Shown: piece by piece, positions 1 through 8,808 of the stretch
Numbering within the stretch: position 1 is the first letter of the stretch
How the letters are laid out: each line of letters begins with the position of its first letter
NCBI RefSeq assembly: GCF_030149505.1
Contig: NZ_JASBRN010000072.1
Location: forward strand, 34,482 to 98,481
Direction of reading: 5' to 3'
DNA length: 64,000 nt
Source of the DNA: Nocardioides sp.
Lineage (GTDB): Bacteria; Actinomycetota; Actinomycetes; Propionibacteriales; Nocardioidaceae
Translations under genes and position numbers: made by a program
Notes under the pieces: generated by a model
What the model was told of the DNA's origin: nothing
Seen by the model: only the letters and a program-made list of their open reading frames with translations
Databases searched by the model: none

Positions 1-462
1 GTTGATGACGGTCAGCACGAGGACGAAGGCGATCGTCACGAGCAGGGCCGGCGGCGCGGACCAGATCTCGGCGAAGTACGACGCGAACCCGGTCGCCAGC
101 GACCCGGCCGCCGCGAAGCTGGCCGACAGGAAGCTGACGGTGATCAGGAAGGTCAGCGCCCTGCTGCCGAACGCCTTGTTGACGTAGAGCGCGGCACCCG
201 CCGCCTGGGGGTACTTCGTCACCAGCTCGGCGTACGCCGACCCGGTGATGGCCGCGATGGTCACGCCGACCGCGAAGGCGATCCAGAAGGCCCCGCCCAC
301 GGCGGCGGCGACCAGGCCGATGAGCACGTAGATGCCCGAGCCCAGCACGTCGCCGAGGGTGTAGAAGAAGAGCTGCCGCCCGGTGATGGACCGGGTCAGC
401 TCGTGGTCCGGGGCGTCGGGCTTCGTGGTGACCGGACCCTCGGCCATGGCGTCGGTGCTCAT
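1..462 (-). CDS. APC-family amino acid permease (runs off window start; 3' end missing)
   Basis: Manual translation from ATG at 462: MSTDAMAEG...LFFYTLGDVLGSGIYVLIG...AYAELVTKYPQAAGAALYVNKAFG; G(S/T)GI TM1 and YAEL...P..GG-type motifs of APC transporters. Not in the ORF track because it is truncated. Confidence 0.85.
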   Translation of the reverse strand, partial: MSTDAMAEGPVTTKPDAPDHELTRSITGRQLFFYTLGDVLGSGIYVLIGLVAAAVGGAFWIAFAVGVTIAAITGSAYAELVTKYPQAAGAALYVNKAFGSRALTFLITVSFLSASFAAAGSLATGFASYFAEIWSAPPALLVTIAFVLVLTVIN

Positions 463-530
463 TGGGGGCCACGTACCCGGCGTACGTCGGCGCTCAACCA
501 CCCGCGGGGGTGGGCCCGGTCGTGCCCGGC

Positions 531-1211
531 TCAGAGCAGGCGGCGGTCCGAGGCCCAGCGGGTGAGCTCGTGGCGGGAAGAGAGCTGGAGCTTGCGCAGG
601 ACCGAGGACATGTGGGTCTCGACGGTCTTGATGGAGATGAACAGCTCCTTGGCGACCTCCTTGTAGGCGTAGCCGCGGGCGATCAGGCGCATCACCTCCC
701 GCTCGCGCTCGGTGAGGCGGTCGAGGTCCTCGTCGACCGCCGCGACCTCGATGGAGCCGGCGAAGGCGTCGAGGACGAAGCCGGCCAGCCGCGGGCTGAA
801 GACCGCGTCGCCGTCGGCCACCCGCTGGATCGCCGAGACCAGCTCGGGGCCGGTGATGGTCTTGGTGACGTAACCCCGCGCTCCGCCGCGGATCGCGCCG
901 ATGACGTCCTCGGCGGCGTCGCTGACGCTGAGGGCGAGGTAGCGCGGTGACCCGGACGTTGCGGCACCGGCCGAGGCGGACGTCCGCCGCATCACCTCGA
1001 CACCGCCGCCGCCGGGCAGGTGCACGTCGAGCAGGACCACGTCGGGGGCGTGCTGGGCGATCGCGGCGACCGCGGTGTCGACGTCGGCGGCCTCGGCCAC
1101 CACCTCGACCTCCGCAGCCCCCGCGGCGACCAGCTCGGCGCGCACCCCCGCACGGAACATGGCGTGGTCGTCGACGACCACGACGCGGACGGGCCTGGGG
1201 TGCACGGTCAC
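531..1211 (-). CDS. NarL/LuxR-family response regulator
   Basis: VVVVDDH receiver start, LLDVHLP phospho-Asp, C-terminal LTEREREV...GYAYKEVAKELFISIKTVETH HTH. Confidence 0.95.
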   Translation of the reverse strand: MTVHPRPVRVVVVDDHAMFRAGVRAELVAAGAAEVEVVAEAADVDTAVAAIAQHAPDVVLLDVHLPGGGGVEVMRRTSASAGAATSGSPRYLALSVSDAAEDVIGAIRGGARGYVTKTITGPELVSAIQRVADGDAVFSPRLAGFVLDAFAGSIEVAAVDEDLDRLTEREREVMRLIARGYAYKEVAKELFISIKTVETHMSSVLRKLQLSSRHELTRWASDRRLL

Positions 1212-2488
1212 GGGCTCTCCTCGGGTGACGTCTGCTCAGGGGTGCGGGGCAGGTGCAGGCGCACCTCGGTGCCCTCGCCCGGGGCGGTGCGGATCTCGGC
1301 GCTGCCGCCGTGGCGGAGCATCCGGTCGATGATGCTGCCACGGACCCCGAGCCGGTCCGCGGGCACCGCGCCCAGGTCGAACCCGGTGCCGCGGTCGCGG
1401 ACGAAGACCTCGACCGCGGCGGGCCCGACCTCGGCGTACACGTCCACGCGGCCGGTGCCGGCGTGCTTGGCGGCGTTGGTGAGGGCCTCGCGGGTGGCCG
1501 CGACGAGAGGCTTCAGCGACTCCTCGAGGGGGCAGTCCCCCACCGCGACGACGTCGATGCCGACCCCGTGGGCGTCCTCGACCTCGGCGGCGGCCGCCCG
1601 CAGCGCACCGGCGAGGCTCGTGGCGCCGGCTGCCTCACCCTCGAACAGCCAGGAGCGCAGGTCCCGCTCCTGGGCACGCGCGAGCCGCGCGACCGTGGGC
1701 GCGTCGTCGGCGGCCTTCTGGATCAGGGCGAGCGTCTGCAGCACCGAGTCGTGCAGGTGGGCGGCGACGTCGGCCCGTTCCTGGGAGCGGATGCGCGCCT
1801 CGCGCTCCGCGCTCAGCTCACCGGCCAGGCGGTAGACCCACGGGCCCACCACGACGGCCAGGGCGGCGATGCCCAGCAGCGCCGCCACCAGGACGCCCTG
1901 TGCCTGGCCGTCCCCGCCGGAGTCGAAGCCGACGATGAAGACCGCGGAGACGAGCAGCGCAGCCCCCGCGGCCACCCGGAGGTACGCCGCCCAGCCGCCC
2001 GGCCCCATCAGCACCCGCAGCGGGTCGACCCGGCCGGTGGAGTCCAGCCAGCGCTCGCGCTGGGCCTCGTCCGCCTGCCGCCACAGCAGGGCCACCCCGG
2101 CCAGGCCGATGGCCACGGGCCAGAAGACCGCGCCGCGACCGAGGGTCACCTCGAGCAGCAGCACCGCCCCGAGGCCCAGGGCGGCCAGGGCGACGACCGG
2201 GCCGAGGTCCTGGAGGCGCCGGGTGCGGCCCGGGCGGCGCCCGCCGCGGGTGGCGCTGGCCAGGCCGGGCGCCTCCTCGTGCGGGCGCGGGTCGACCGGC
2301 AGGACCAGCCAGAGGCCGGCGTACATCGCCACGCCCATGCCGCCGAGCAGCGCCGCGACGAGGAACGCCACGCGCACCCACAGGACCGGCACGGCCAGGT
2401 GGGTCGCGAGCCCGGCGCAGACCCCGCCGAGCACGGGCTCACGGGTGTCGCGGTAGGCCTTGCGGGGCATCGGGCTGGTCTGCGTCAT
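1208..2488 (-). CDS. Sensor histidine kinase with N-terminal PspC domain
   Basis: PspC motif (LGGVCAGLATHL..PVLWVR), TM helices, H-box VAAHLHDSVLQTL, N-box EALTNAAKHAG, G-box VRDRGTGF; GTGA overlap with the regulator; start moved to MTQTSP. Confidence 0.9.
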   Translation of the reverse strand: MTQTSPMPRKAYRDTREPVLGGVCAGLATHLAVPVLWVRVAFLVAALLGGMGVAMYAGLWLVLPVDPRPHEEAPGLASATRGGRRPGRTRRLQDLGPVVALAALGLGAVLLLEVTLGRGAVFWPVAIGLAGVALLWRQADEAQRERWLDSTGRVDPLRVLMGPGGWAAYLRVAAGAALLVSAVFIVGFDSGGDGQAQGVLVAALLGIAALAVVVGPWVYRLAGELSAEREARIRSQERADVAAHLHDSVLQTLALIQKAADDAPTVARLARAQERDLRSWLFEGEAAGATSLAGALRAAAAEVEDAHGVGIDVVAVGDCPLEESLKPLVAATREALTNAAKHAGTGRVDVYAEVGPAAVEVFVRDRGTGFDLGAVPADRLGVRGSIIDRMLRHGGSAEIRTAPGEGTEVRLHLPRTPEQTSPEESP

Positions 2489-2644
2489 GGCTCCCTCGTC
2501 GTCCCGCTCATCGTCACACAGCGCGGGTGCGCGGCGGGGCCGTGCGGCCCCTGGCTCGACCCCGGTCCGACCCCGGCCTCCCCCGACCCAGGACCAGGGT
2601 CGACCCCGATGGTGCGCGGCCCGGCGGAGGTCCAGGCTGGTGCC

Positions 2645-3829
2645 ATGACCGAGACACCCCTGCCCCCGGCGCCCGGCTCCGAGGGCCCCCGCACCGACGG
2701 CCCGCGCACGACGGCCCAGGAGGCCCGCGACCTGGGGCGGATCCGACGCTCCACCACCGACCGGAAGGTCGCGGGCCTCGCTGGCGGGCTGGGTCGCCAC
2801 CTGGACGTGGACCCGCTGCTGCTGCGCGTCGCCTTCGTCGTGCTGACGTTCTTCGGCGGCGCCGGCCTGATCGTGTACGCCGCGGGCTGGCTGCTCGTGC
2901 CCGAGGACGACGGCAGCGAGGCCGCGGTCCGGCTCGAGGACCGCACCCGCGGGGTCGTGCTGGCCGTGGTCGGTGTCATCGCCGGCATCTCGGTCGTCGC
3001 CGAGCTGGCGGGCAACGCGTGGGGCCCGTGGTTCCCGTGGCAGCTGGTGGTCGTGGCGGTGGTGGCGGCCGTGCTACTGAGCCGCAGGGACGGGGGCTAC
3101 CCGGCACCGACGCAGCCGGTCGGCGGACCGGCTGCTCCGGCGGGCGCCCCGGTGGGCGGCCCTGCGGGGACGGCCGGCCCGGCGTGGGGACCGCCCCAGG
3201 CACCCCTGCCGGTGGTGCGCGACCCGCGCCGCCGCGGCCCGCTGCTGCTGTGGACGACGCTGGCGCTGGTGGCGATCGCGGAGGGCATCCTGATGTCCGT
3301 CGACCTCTCGGGGGTGGCCGTCGCCGACGGCGCCTACCCGGCCCTGGCGCTCGGCATCATCGGCGCCGCCCTGGTGCTCGGTGCGTTCTTCGGGCGGGGC
3401 GGCGGCCTGGTGCTGGTGGGGCTGCTCGTGGTGCCGGTGCTGCTCATCAGCACCCTCGAGGACCGGATCGGCGGCGACCCGCTGCGCGAGACCCCCGACA
3501 CCGCGGCGTCGGTGGACCCGGAGTACCGGATGGGCGTGGGTGAGCTGGTCCTGGACCTGACCGAGGTCGCGGACCTCGAGGAGCTGGACGGTCGGGTCCT
3601 CGACATCACCGTGCAGGTGGGACGGGTCGAGGTGGTGGTCCCGGAGGAGGGGCTCACCGTCGAGGCCTCGGCCCGGATCGGCGGGCCCGGCGAGATCACG
3701 GTGTTCGGCGAGGAGCGCGGCGGGATCGAGACCCTGGTGCGCGAGGACCACGACGGCGGCCCCGGCAGCCCGGTGCTGGTGCTCGACGCCGAGACCAACC
3801 TGGGCGAGATCGTGGTGAGGACGCAGTGA
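2645..3829 (+). CDS. PspC-domain membrane protein with LiaF/DUF2154-like C-terminal beta region
   Basis: RRSTTDRKVAGLAGGLGRHLDVDPLLLRVAFVVL PspC motif, several TMs, C-terminal GELVLDLT...VGRVEVVVP; start at ATG 2645 within the longer track ORF. Confidence 0.85.
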   Translation: MTETPLPPAPGSEGPRTDGPRTTAQEARDLGRIRRSTTDRKVAGLAGGLGRHLDVDPLLLRVAFVVLTFFGGAGLIVYAAGWLLVPEDDGSEAAVRLEDRTRGVVLAVVGVIAGISVVAELAGNAWGPWFPWQLVVVAVVAAVLLSRRDGGYPAPTQPVGGPAAPAGAPVGGPAGTAGPAWGPPQAPLPVVRDPRRRGPLLLWTTLALVAIAEGILMSVDLSGVAVADGAYPALALGIIGAALVLGAFFGRGGGLVLVGLLVVPVLLISTLEDRIGGDPLRETPDTAASVDPEYRMGVGELVLDLTEVADLEELDGRVLDITVQVGRVEVVVPEEGLTVEASARIGGPGEITVFGEERGGIETLVREDHDGGPGSPVLVLDAETNLGEIVVRTQ

Positions 3830-4137
3830 GCGGGCCGGCCGACCACACGACGTACGACGACACGACCCGCGGCGAGGAGCAGTCGATGACGGAGCAGGAG
3901 CACGACGGACGACCCGGCCTGTGGGCCGCGGGCCGCCACCCGGTCAACACCGGGCACCTGGTGATGGGCCTGGCCTTCCTCGGGATGGTCGGCATCTGGG
4001 CCCTGGTGGCCAGTGGGGTCGCGGACGCCGAGGACCTGCGCTGGCTCAGCCCGCTGCCGTGGCTGCTGGCCGGGGCCGGCGGGCTCGTGGCCGCCACCGT
4101 CTCCAGCGCCTCCCGGCGCGACCGCTGGCGCGACTGA
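3826..4137 (+). CDS. Small two-TM membrane protein of the PspC locus
   Basis: RHPVNTGHLVMGLAFLG..., two hydrophobic segments; GTGA overlap with upstream gene. Confidence 0.7.
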   Translation: MSGPADHTTYDDTTRGEEQSMTEQEHDGRPGLWAAGRHPVNTGHLVMGLAFLGMVGIWALVASGVADAEDLRWLSPLPWLLAGAGGLVAATVSSASRRDRWRD

Positions 4138-4181
4138 GGCCGGACGGGCAGGACTTCCACAAAGGAGCTGCCCGCTCGGCC

Positions 4182-5255
4182 TCACGCAGGGACGTCGGCG
4201 GGGCGTTCGTCCCGGGCGGCCACACAGGTCGCCGGGTGGTCGGTGATGAGCCCATCGACGCCCAGGTCGAGGAGCAGGGTGGCGTAGCCGCGGAGGTCCC
4301 CGTGGCCGGAGCGGTCGTGGCCGCGGAAGGGACGCGGGAGGAAGCGGTCCTCCGCGCGGAGCGTCCAGGTCCGCACCTCCAGCCCGTGGCGGTGGGCCCG
4401 GTCCACCAGTCCCGTGGGCACGACCCGGTCGCCGAGGTCGCGGGCCAGCAGCGAGTGCCGCGGACCCAGTCCGGTCGCGTAGTCGGCGACAGCCGCCAGT
4501 CCGCGCGGGGAGACGAGGTCGGCGAAGGTGCGCGGGTCGCCCGCGGCCGCCAGGTCGGCGGGGCGGGCGCGCAGGTCGTCGACCAGCTGGACGAGCGGCA
4601 CCCGGGTCCGACCGGCGAGCGAGGCGAGGGCAGTCGGCTCGAAGCCCATGACGCTCACCGGGGAGTCGGGACGGTCCAGGTCGTGACGACGCAGGTCGTC
4701 CAGGAGGGCCTCCGTGGGATCCAGGCCCCGCGCCGCGGACGGCGCGACGTCCTTGAGCTCGACGAGCACCCCCACCTCGCGTCCGTGCGAGCGCGAGCTC
4801 TCCGCGACCAGCCCGAGGACCTCGTCCAGGGTCGGGACCGCCAGCAGGCCGTCGTACGCACCCGAGGCGGGGCGCTGGAGCGGCCACCGCTCCCGGGCCC
4901 TGAGCAGTCGGACCTGCTCGAGCGTCAGGTCCTCGACGAACCAGCCCTGCACCCGCCGTCCTGCGACGACGCGCTCGCTGCGCAGGTGCGCCAACGCGGC
5001 GCGCCGCGCCACGTCGGTGGTGGCCGACAGGTCGCTCTCGTGCCGAGCGACGAGGACGCCGTCGGCGGTGCTGACGACGTCGACCTCGATCGCGTCGGCA
5101 CCGAGCGCGAGGGCGTGGCGGTATGCCTCGAGCGTGTGCTCGGGCCGGTGGCCACTGGCACCGCGGTGCCCCGCCACGGAGGCGGCGAGGACGGAGGAGG
5201 TGGTGGTCGATCGGGCGTGCGGCACGAGCGTCACGACCACCACGTTCCTCCGCAC
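4182..5255 (-). CDS. glpQ: Glycerophosphodiester phosphodiesterase (GlpQ/UgpQ family)
   Basis: GHRGASGHRPEHTL, IEVDV..TADGVLVARH, VELKD, WTL, GVDGLITDHP; exact start uncertain. Confidence 0.9.
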   Translation of the reverse strand: MRRNVVVVTLVPHARSTTTSSVLAASVAGHRGASGHRPEHTLEAYRHALALGADAIEVDVVSTADGVLVARHESDLSATTDVARRAALAHLRSERVVAGRRVQGWFVEDLTLEQVRLLRARERWPLQRPASGAYDGLLAVPTLDEVLGLVAESSRSHGREVGVLVELKDVAPSAARGLDPTEALLDDLRRHDLDRPDSPVSVMGFEPTALASLAGRTRVPLVQLVDDLRARPADLAAAGDPRTFADLVSPRGLAAVADYATGLGPRHSLLARDLGDRVVPTGLVDRAHRHGLEVRTWTLRAEDRFLPRPFRGHDRSGHGDLRGYATLLLDLGVDGLITDHPATCVAARDERPADVPA

Positions 5256-5291
5256 GGGTGTCCCGGCGGTGCACGGCGGGGCGACACGCGG

Positions 5292-5319
5292 GTGAACGTC
5301 CCGTGAGGAACGGGTGGAC
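5292..5319 (-). promoter_or_regulatory. PHO-box-like direct repeats upstream of glpQ
   Basis: GTGAAC 5292, GTGAGG 5303, GTGGAC 5314 in exact 11-nt phase (GTTCAC-like on the glpQ coding strand). Confidence 0.4.
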
Positions 5320-5341
5320 CAGTCCGGCGGAGGATGCCTCC

Positions 5342-5836
5342 GTGGACGAGGACGGGCGGCGGGAGACCGAGGACGAGCGGTCGGACCGGAAGTGGGGCGA
5401 CCTGCTCCAGGAGATGCGGGTCATGCAGACCGGGACCCAGCTCATCGCCGGGTTCCTCCTGACGCTGCCCTTCCAGGGCCGCTTCGAGGAGCTCGACGGT
5501 TACCAGCGGGGGCTCTACCTGGCGGTGGTGCTGGTCGCGCTGGTCACCACGGACCTGGTCATCTCACCCATCGCGGTGCACCGGCGGCTGTCGGGCCACC
5601 ACGTCAAGGACCGCCTCGTGGCGCTCGCCGACGTCGCCGTGCGCGGCGTGCTGGCCGGCATCGGGCTACTCATCGTGGGCATCACCGTGCTGGTCGTCGA
5701 CGTCGTGGTGGGTCGTGCCGCCGGCCTGCAGGCAGGCGGCGCGCTCCTCGCGATCGTCGTGGCCCTGCTCGTGCTGCTGCCCGAGTGGGCGTTGCGGCAC
5801 GTGCGGCCGCGCGTCAGTGCGCGTCGAGACCGGTGA
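5342..5836 (+). CDS. DUF6328-family membrane protein
   Basis: R.W.DLLQEMRVMQTGTQLIAGFLLTLPFQ.RF signature; four TMs. Confidence 0.8.
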   Translation: MDEDGRRETEDERSDRKWGDLLQEMRVMQTGTQLIAGFLLTLPFQGRFEELDGYQRGLYLAVVLVALVTTDLVISPIAVHRRLSGHHVKDRLVALADVAVRGVLAGIGLLIVGITVLVVDVVVGRAAGLQAGGALLAIVVALLVLLPEWALRHVRPRVSARRDR

Positions 5837-6503
5837 TCCGCACGCCCGCGTGCGTCTTGTACTTCCGGTTGATCGAGATCAGGACAGCGGTGAACGGCTC
5901 GAGCTGACGGGCCAGGCGGAGCTTGCCGCCGTCGATGCCGCGCCGACCGGTGACCGAGGCGGCCAGGTCCATCGCGACCTCCTTGGCCTCGACCACGTCG
6001 CCGACGACGAGCACGTCCTCGTCGAGGAACTCGTCCTCGCCCCACAGCAGCACCGCGGAGACGTTGTGGAAGGCACCGACCACGGTGGCCTCGGGCTGCA
6101 GGCGCTGGGCCTCCTCGGCCGCCGATCCCTCGCCGCCGTCGACGACGCGCCCGTGGGCGCCGCGCTTGTCGAAGGCGAGCGGGTTGACGCAGGAGATGAC
6201 GGTCTTGCCCGCGAGCGGCAGCGAGGCGACGAGCTCGTCGTGGCCGTCGTAGGGCACCGCCAGCAGCACGACGTCGGCCTGCTCGCAGGCTTCGGCGTTG
6301 CTCGCACCGGTGACCGCTCCGGCACCGCTCACGTCGGCGAGACGCGCGGTGACCTCCTCGGCCACCGGGACGGCCTTCTCCGCCGCGCGGGAGCCCAGGA
6401 CGACCGTGTGCCCGGCCTTGGCGAAGCGGTAGCCCAGGCCCTTGCCCTGGGGGCCGGTGCCCCCGATGACGGCGACGCGGTAGGAGGTCTGGGTCTCGCT
6501 CAC
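5814..6503 (-). CDS. npdG: NADPH-dependent F420 reductase
   Basis: VIGGTGPQGKGL, VVLGSR, VNPL, VGAFHNVSA, IDGGKLRLARQLEPFTAVLISINRKYK. Confidence 0.92.
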   Translation of the reverse strand: MSETQTSYRVAVIGGTGPQGKGLGYRFAKAGHTVVLGSRAAEKAVPVAEEVTARLADVSGAGAVTGASNAEACEQADVVLLAVPYDGHDELVASLPLAGKTVISCVNPLAFDKRGAHGRVVDGGEGSAAEEAQRLQPEATVVGAFHNVSAVLLWGEDEFLDEDVLVVGDVVEAKEVAMDLAASVTGRRGIDGGKLRLARQLEPFTAVLISINRKYKTHAGVRITGLDAH

Positions 6504-6603
6504 GGATGGTCCTCTCGAGGGGGCGGGTGCCGAGGTCGAGACGGATCCTCCCACCCGCGGTCAACAGCGGTCCGCGAGCCTCGCCTGTTGGTACCGTCGG
6601 GCC

Positions 6604-8718
6604 GTGGCGAGCGGCTTCCGTGGGGACGTCCAAGGGCTGCGTGCCGTCGCGGTCCTGGTCGTCGTCGCCGCGCACGCCGGCGTCCCGTTCCTCCCCGGCG
6701 GGTTCGTCGGGGTCGACGTCTTCTTCGTCATCTCCGGCTTCCTGATCTCCGGTCTGCTCTACGCCGAGCTCCGCGAGGGCGGCACGCTGTCGCTGGGCGA
6801 CTTCTGGAGCAGGCGGGCCCGACGCATCCTGCCCGCGGCCACCCTGGTGCTGGTCGTGACCGTGGTGATGTCGCTGTTCTGGACCACCCTCATCGATGCC
6901 CGCGACCTGCTGGACGAGGCGCTGTGGTCGGCGCTGTTCCTCGCCAACGTCCACTTCGCCCAGCAGGGCGTCTACTACTTCGCCGCAGAGACCGGACCCT
7001 CGCCGCTGCAGCACTACTGGTCGCTCGCGGTGGAGGAGCAGTTCTACCTCGTCTGGCCGCTGCTCCTGCTCGCGCTGGTCGCGGCGGCGCGGGTCGTGAC
7101 CCGCCGGGGCAAGCAGCAGCGGCTCCCCCGCCGTACCGTGCTGGTCGCGCTGGTGGTCGTCGCCGCCGCGTCCTTCGCGTGGTCGGTCCACACCACCGCC
7201 ACCTCGCCGGCGTCGGCGTACTTCTCCACGCCGGCGCGCGTGTGGGAGCTGGCCGTCGGCGCGATCACCGCCCTGGTCGCTCCCCTGCTGGCGCCGCGGC
7301 TGCCGCGGGCGGTGGGCTGGGTGCTGTCGATCGGCGGCCTGGTCGCCGTCGGGGCGGCGGTGGTGGTGATCGACGAGGCCACGCCCTTCCCCGGGTACGC
7401 CGCCGCGCTGCCGGTCCTGGGCACCGCTGCCGTCCTCCTCGCCGGCTCCGCCGCGGGCCTGCTCGCCGCGCCCGTGCGCTGGCTCCTGGACAACCCCGTC
7501 ATGCGGCGCGTGGGCGACTGGTCCTACTCGCTCTACCTCTGGCACTGGCCGGCCCTGGTGCTCACCGAGCGCAACGCCGGCCGCCCCCTGACCGCCGTCG
7601 AGACCGCCGTCGTCGTGCTGGTCGTGGTCAACCTGGCGGCCCTGACCTACCGGTTCGTCGAGCAACCCTTCCGCACCGGCACACCGGCCCGCCGCCTCCG
7701 CTCGCGCCGCCGCCTGTCCCTGGCGCTCTACCCCGCGAGCCTGGCCGTGGTGGCCCTGGCGTGCGCGGGCAGCTGGTGGTGGACCGGCGTGCAGGGCGGC
7801 GAGCGCGGCGACAACCCCGCCATCGCGGCGGCCGCTGACGTCGCCGTGCTGGACGACCACGAGCGCACCGTGGCCCTGGTGCGCGCGTCCGTCGAGGCCG
7901 CGCGCAACCAGGTCGACATCCCCAGCGACCTCACCCCCGACCTGCTGACCCTGCGCAGCTCGATCGCCGACGTGGGCGCCTGCGACTACGAGGACGACGA
8001 CGTGCGCGCCCTCTGTGCCCGGGGCGACGTCGACGGCGACCGCACCCTGGTGCTGCTCGGCGACTCCCACGCACGGGCCTGGATCCCCGCGCTGGACCGG
8101 ATCGCCTCCGACAACGGCTGGCGCGCCTACTACCTCGTCAAGCCCCAGTGCCCGGCCGCCCACGTGGTCGTCGCCCCGGTGCGCGAGGACGTCGTGTTCA
8201 CCGCGTGCGAGGAGTTCCGCGCCTGGAGCACCGCGACGGTGGCCGGACTCCAGCCGGACCTGGCGATCGTCGCCTCCTCCCCACCGGTCAACGGCGTGTG
8301 GGTCGACGGCGAGCACCGCGAGTCCCTCGACGACGTCGCCGACGTGCTCGAGGAGGGCTACGACGCGCTCTTCGACGACCTGCAGGACTCCGCCGCCCGC
8401 ACCGTCCTCATCCGTGACGTCCCCAAGGCCGGCCACGACCCCGGTGACTGCCTGACCAGCTCCCGGCCCAGCCTCCTGGACTGCATGTTCACCCCGGTCG
8501 AGCGCTCGACCCTGCTGGGCGACGTGGCGGTGAAGTCGGCCCTGCTCCACTCCGCCGACGTCGTCGATCCCACCCCGTGGCTGTGCTGGCAGGACCTCTG
8601 CCCCGTGGTCATCGGCGGCACGCTCTCCTACCGCGACACCGACCACCTCACCACCGAGTACGCCGCTGCACTGGCCGGCGCACTGGGTCGGGCCATCGGG
8701 CTGGACGACGGCTCCTGA
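6604..8718 (+). CDS. OafA-like O-acyltransferase (AT3 membrane domain plus SGNH domain)
   Basis: FRGDVQGLRAVAV, GVDVFFVISGFLI, HYWSLAVEEQFY, SYSLYLWHWP, extracytoplasmic GDSHA and DTDH. Confidence 0.9.
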   Translation: MASGFRGDVQGLRAVAVLVVVAAHAGVPFLPGGFVGVDVFFVISGFLISGLLYAELREGGTLSLGDFWSRRARRILPAATLVLVVTVVMSLFWTTLIDARDLLDEALWSALFLANVHFAQQGVYYFAAETGPSPLQHYWSLAVEEQFYLVWPLLLLALVAAARVVTRRGKQQRLPRRTVLVALVVVAAASFAWSVHTTATSPASAYFSTPARVWELAVGAITALVAPLLAPRLPRAVGWVLSIGGLVAVGAAVVVIDEATPFPGYAAALPVLGTAAVLLAGSAAGLLAAPVRWLLDNPVMRRVGDWSYSLYLWHWPALVLTERNAGRPLTAVETAVVVLVVVNLAALTYRFVEQPFRTGTPARRLRSRRRLSLALYPASLAVVALACAGSWWWTGVQGGERGDNPAIAAAADVAVLDDHERTVALVRASVEAARNQVDIPSDLTPDLLTLRSSIADVGACDYEDDDVRALCARGDVDGDRTLVLLGDSHARAWIPALDRIASDNGWRAYYLVKPQCPAAHVVVAPVREDVVFTACEEFRAWSTATVAGLQPDLAIVASSPPVNGVWVDGEHRESLDDVADVLEEGYDALFDDLQDSAARTVLIRDVPKAGHDPGDCLTSSRPSLLDCMFTPVERSTLLGDVAVKSALLHSADVVDPTPWLCWQDLCPVVIGGTLSYRDTDHLTTEYAAALAGALGRAIGLDDGS

Positions 8719-8746
8719 GCGGCGTTCCACCGCTCCCCAGCGCACT

Positions 8747-8765
8747 GTGACACTGCTACTGTCAC
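8747..8765. promoter_or_regulatory. Palindromic operator candidate upstream of LLM oxidoreductase
   Basis: GTGACA-N7-TGTCAC, 43 nt upstream of ATG 8809. Confidence 0.4.
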
Positions 8766-8808
8766 GGTCGATCCAGAACCGTCCACCACCTGCACGGAGG
8801 TCCCCCTG

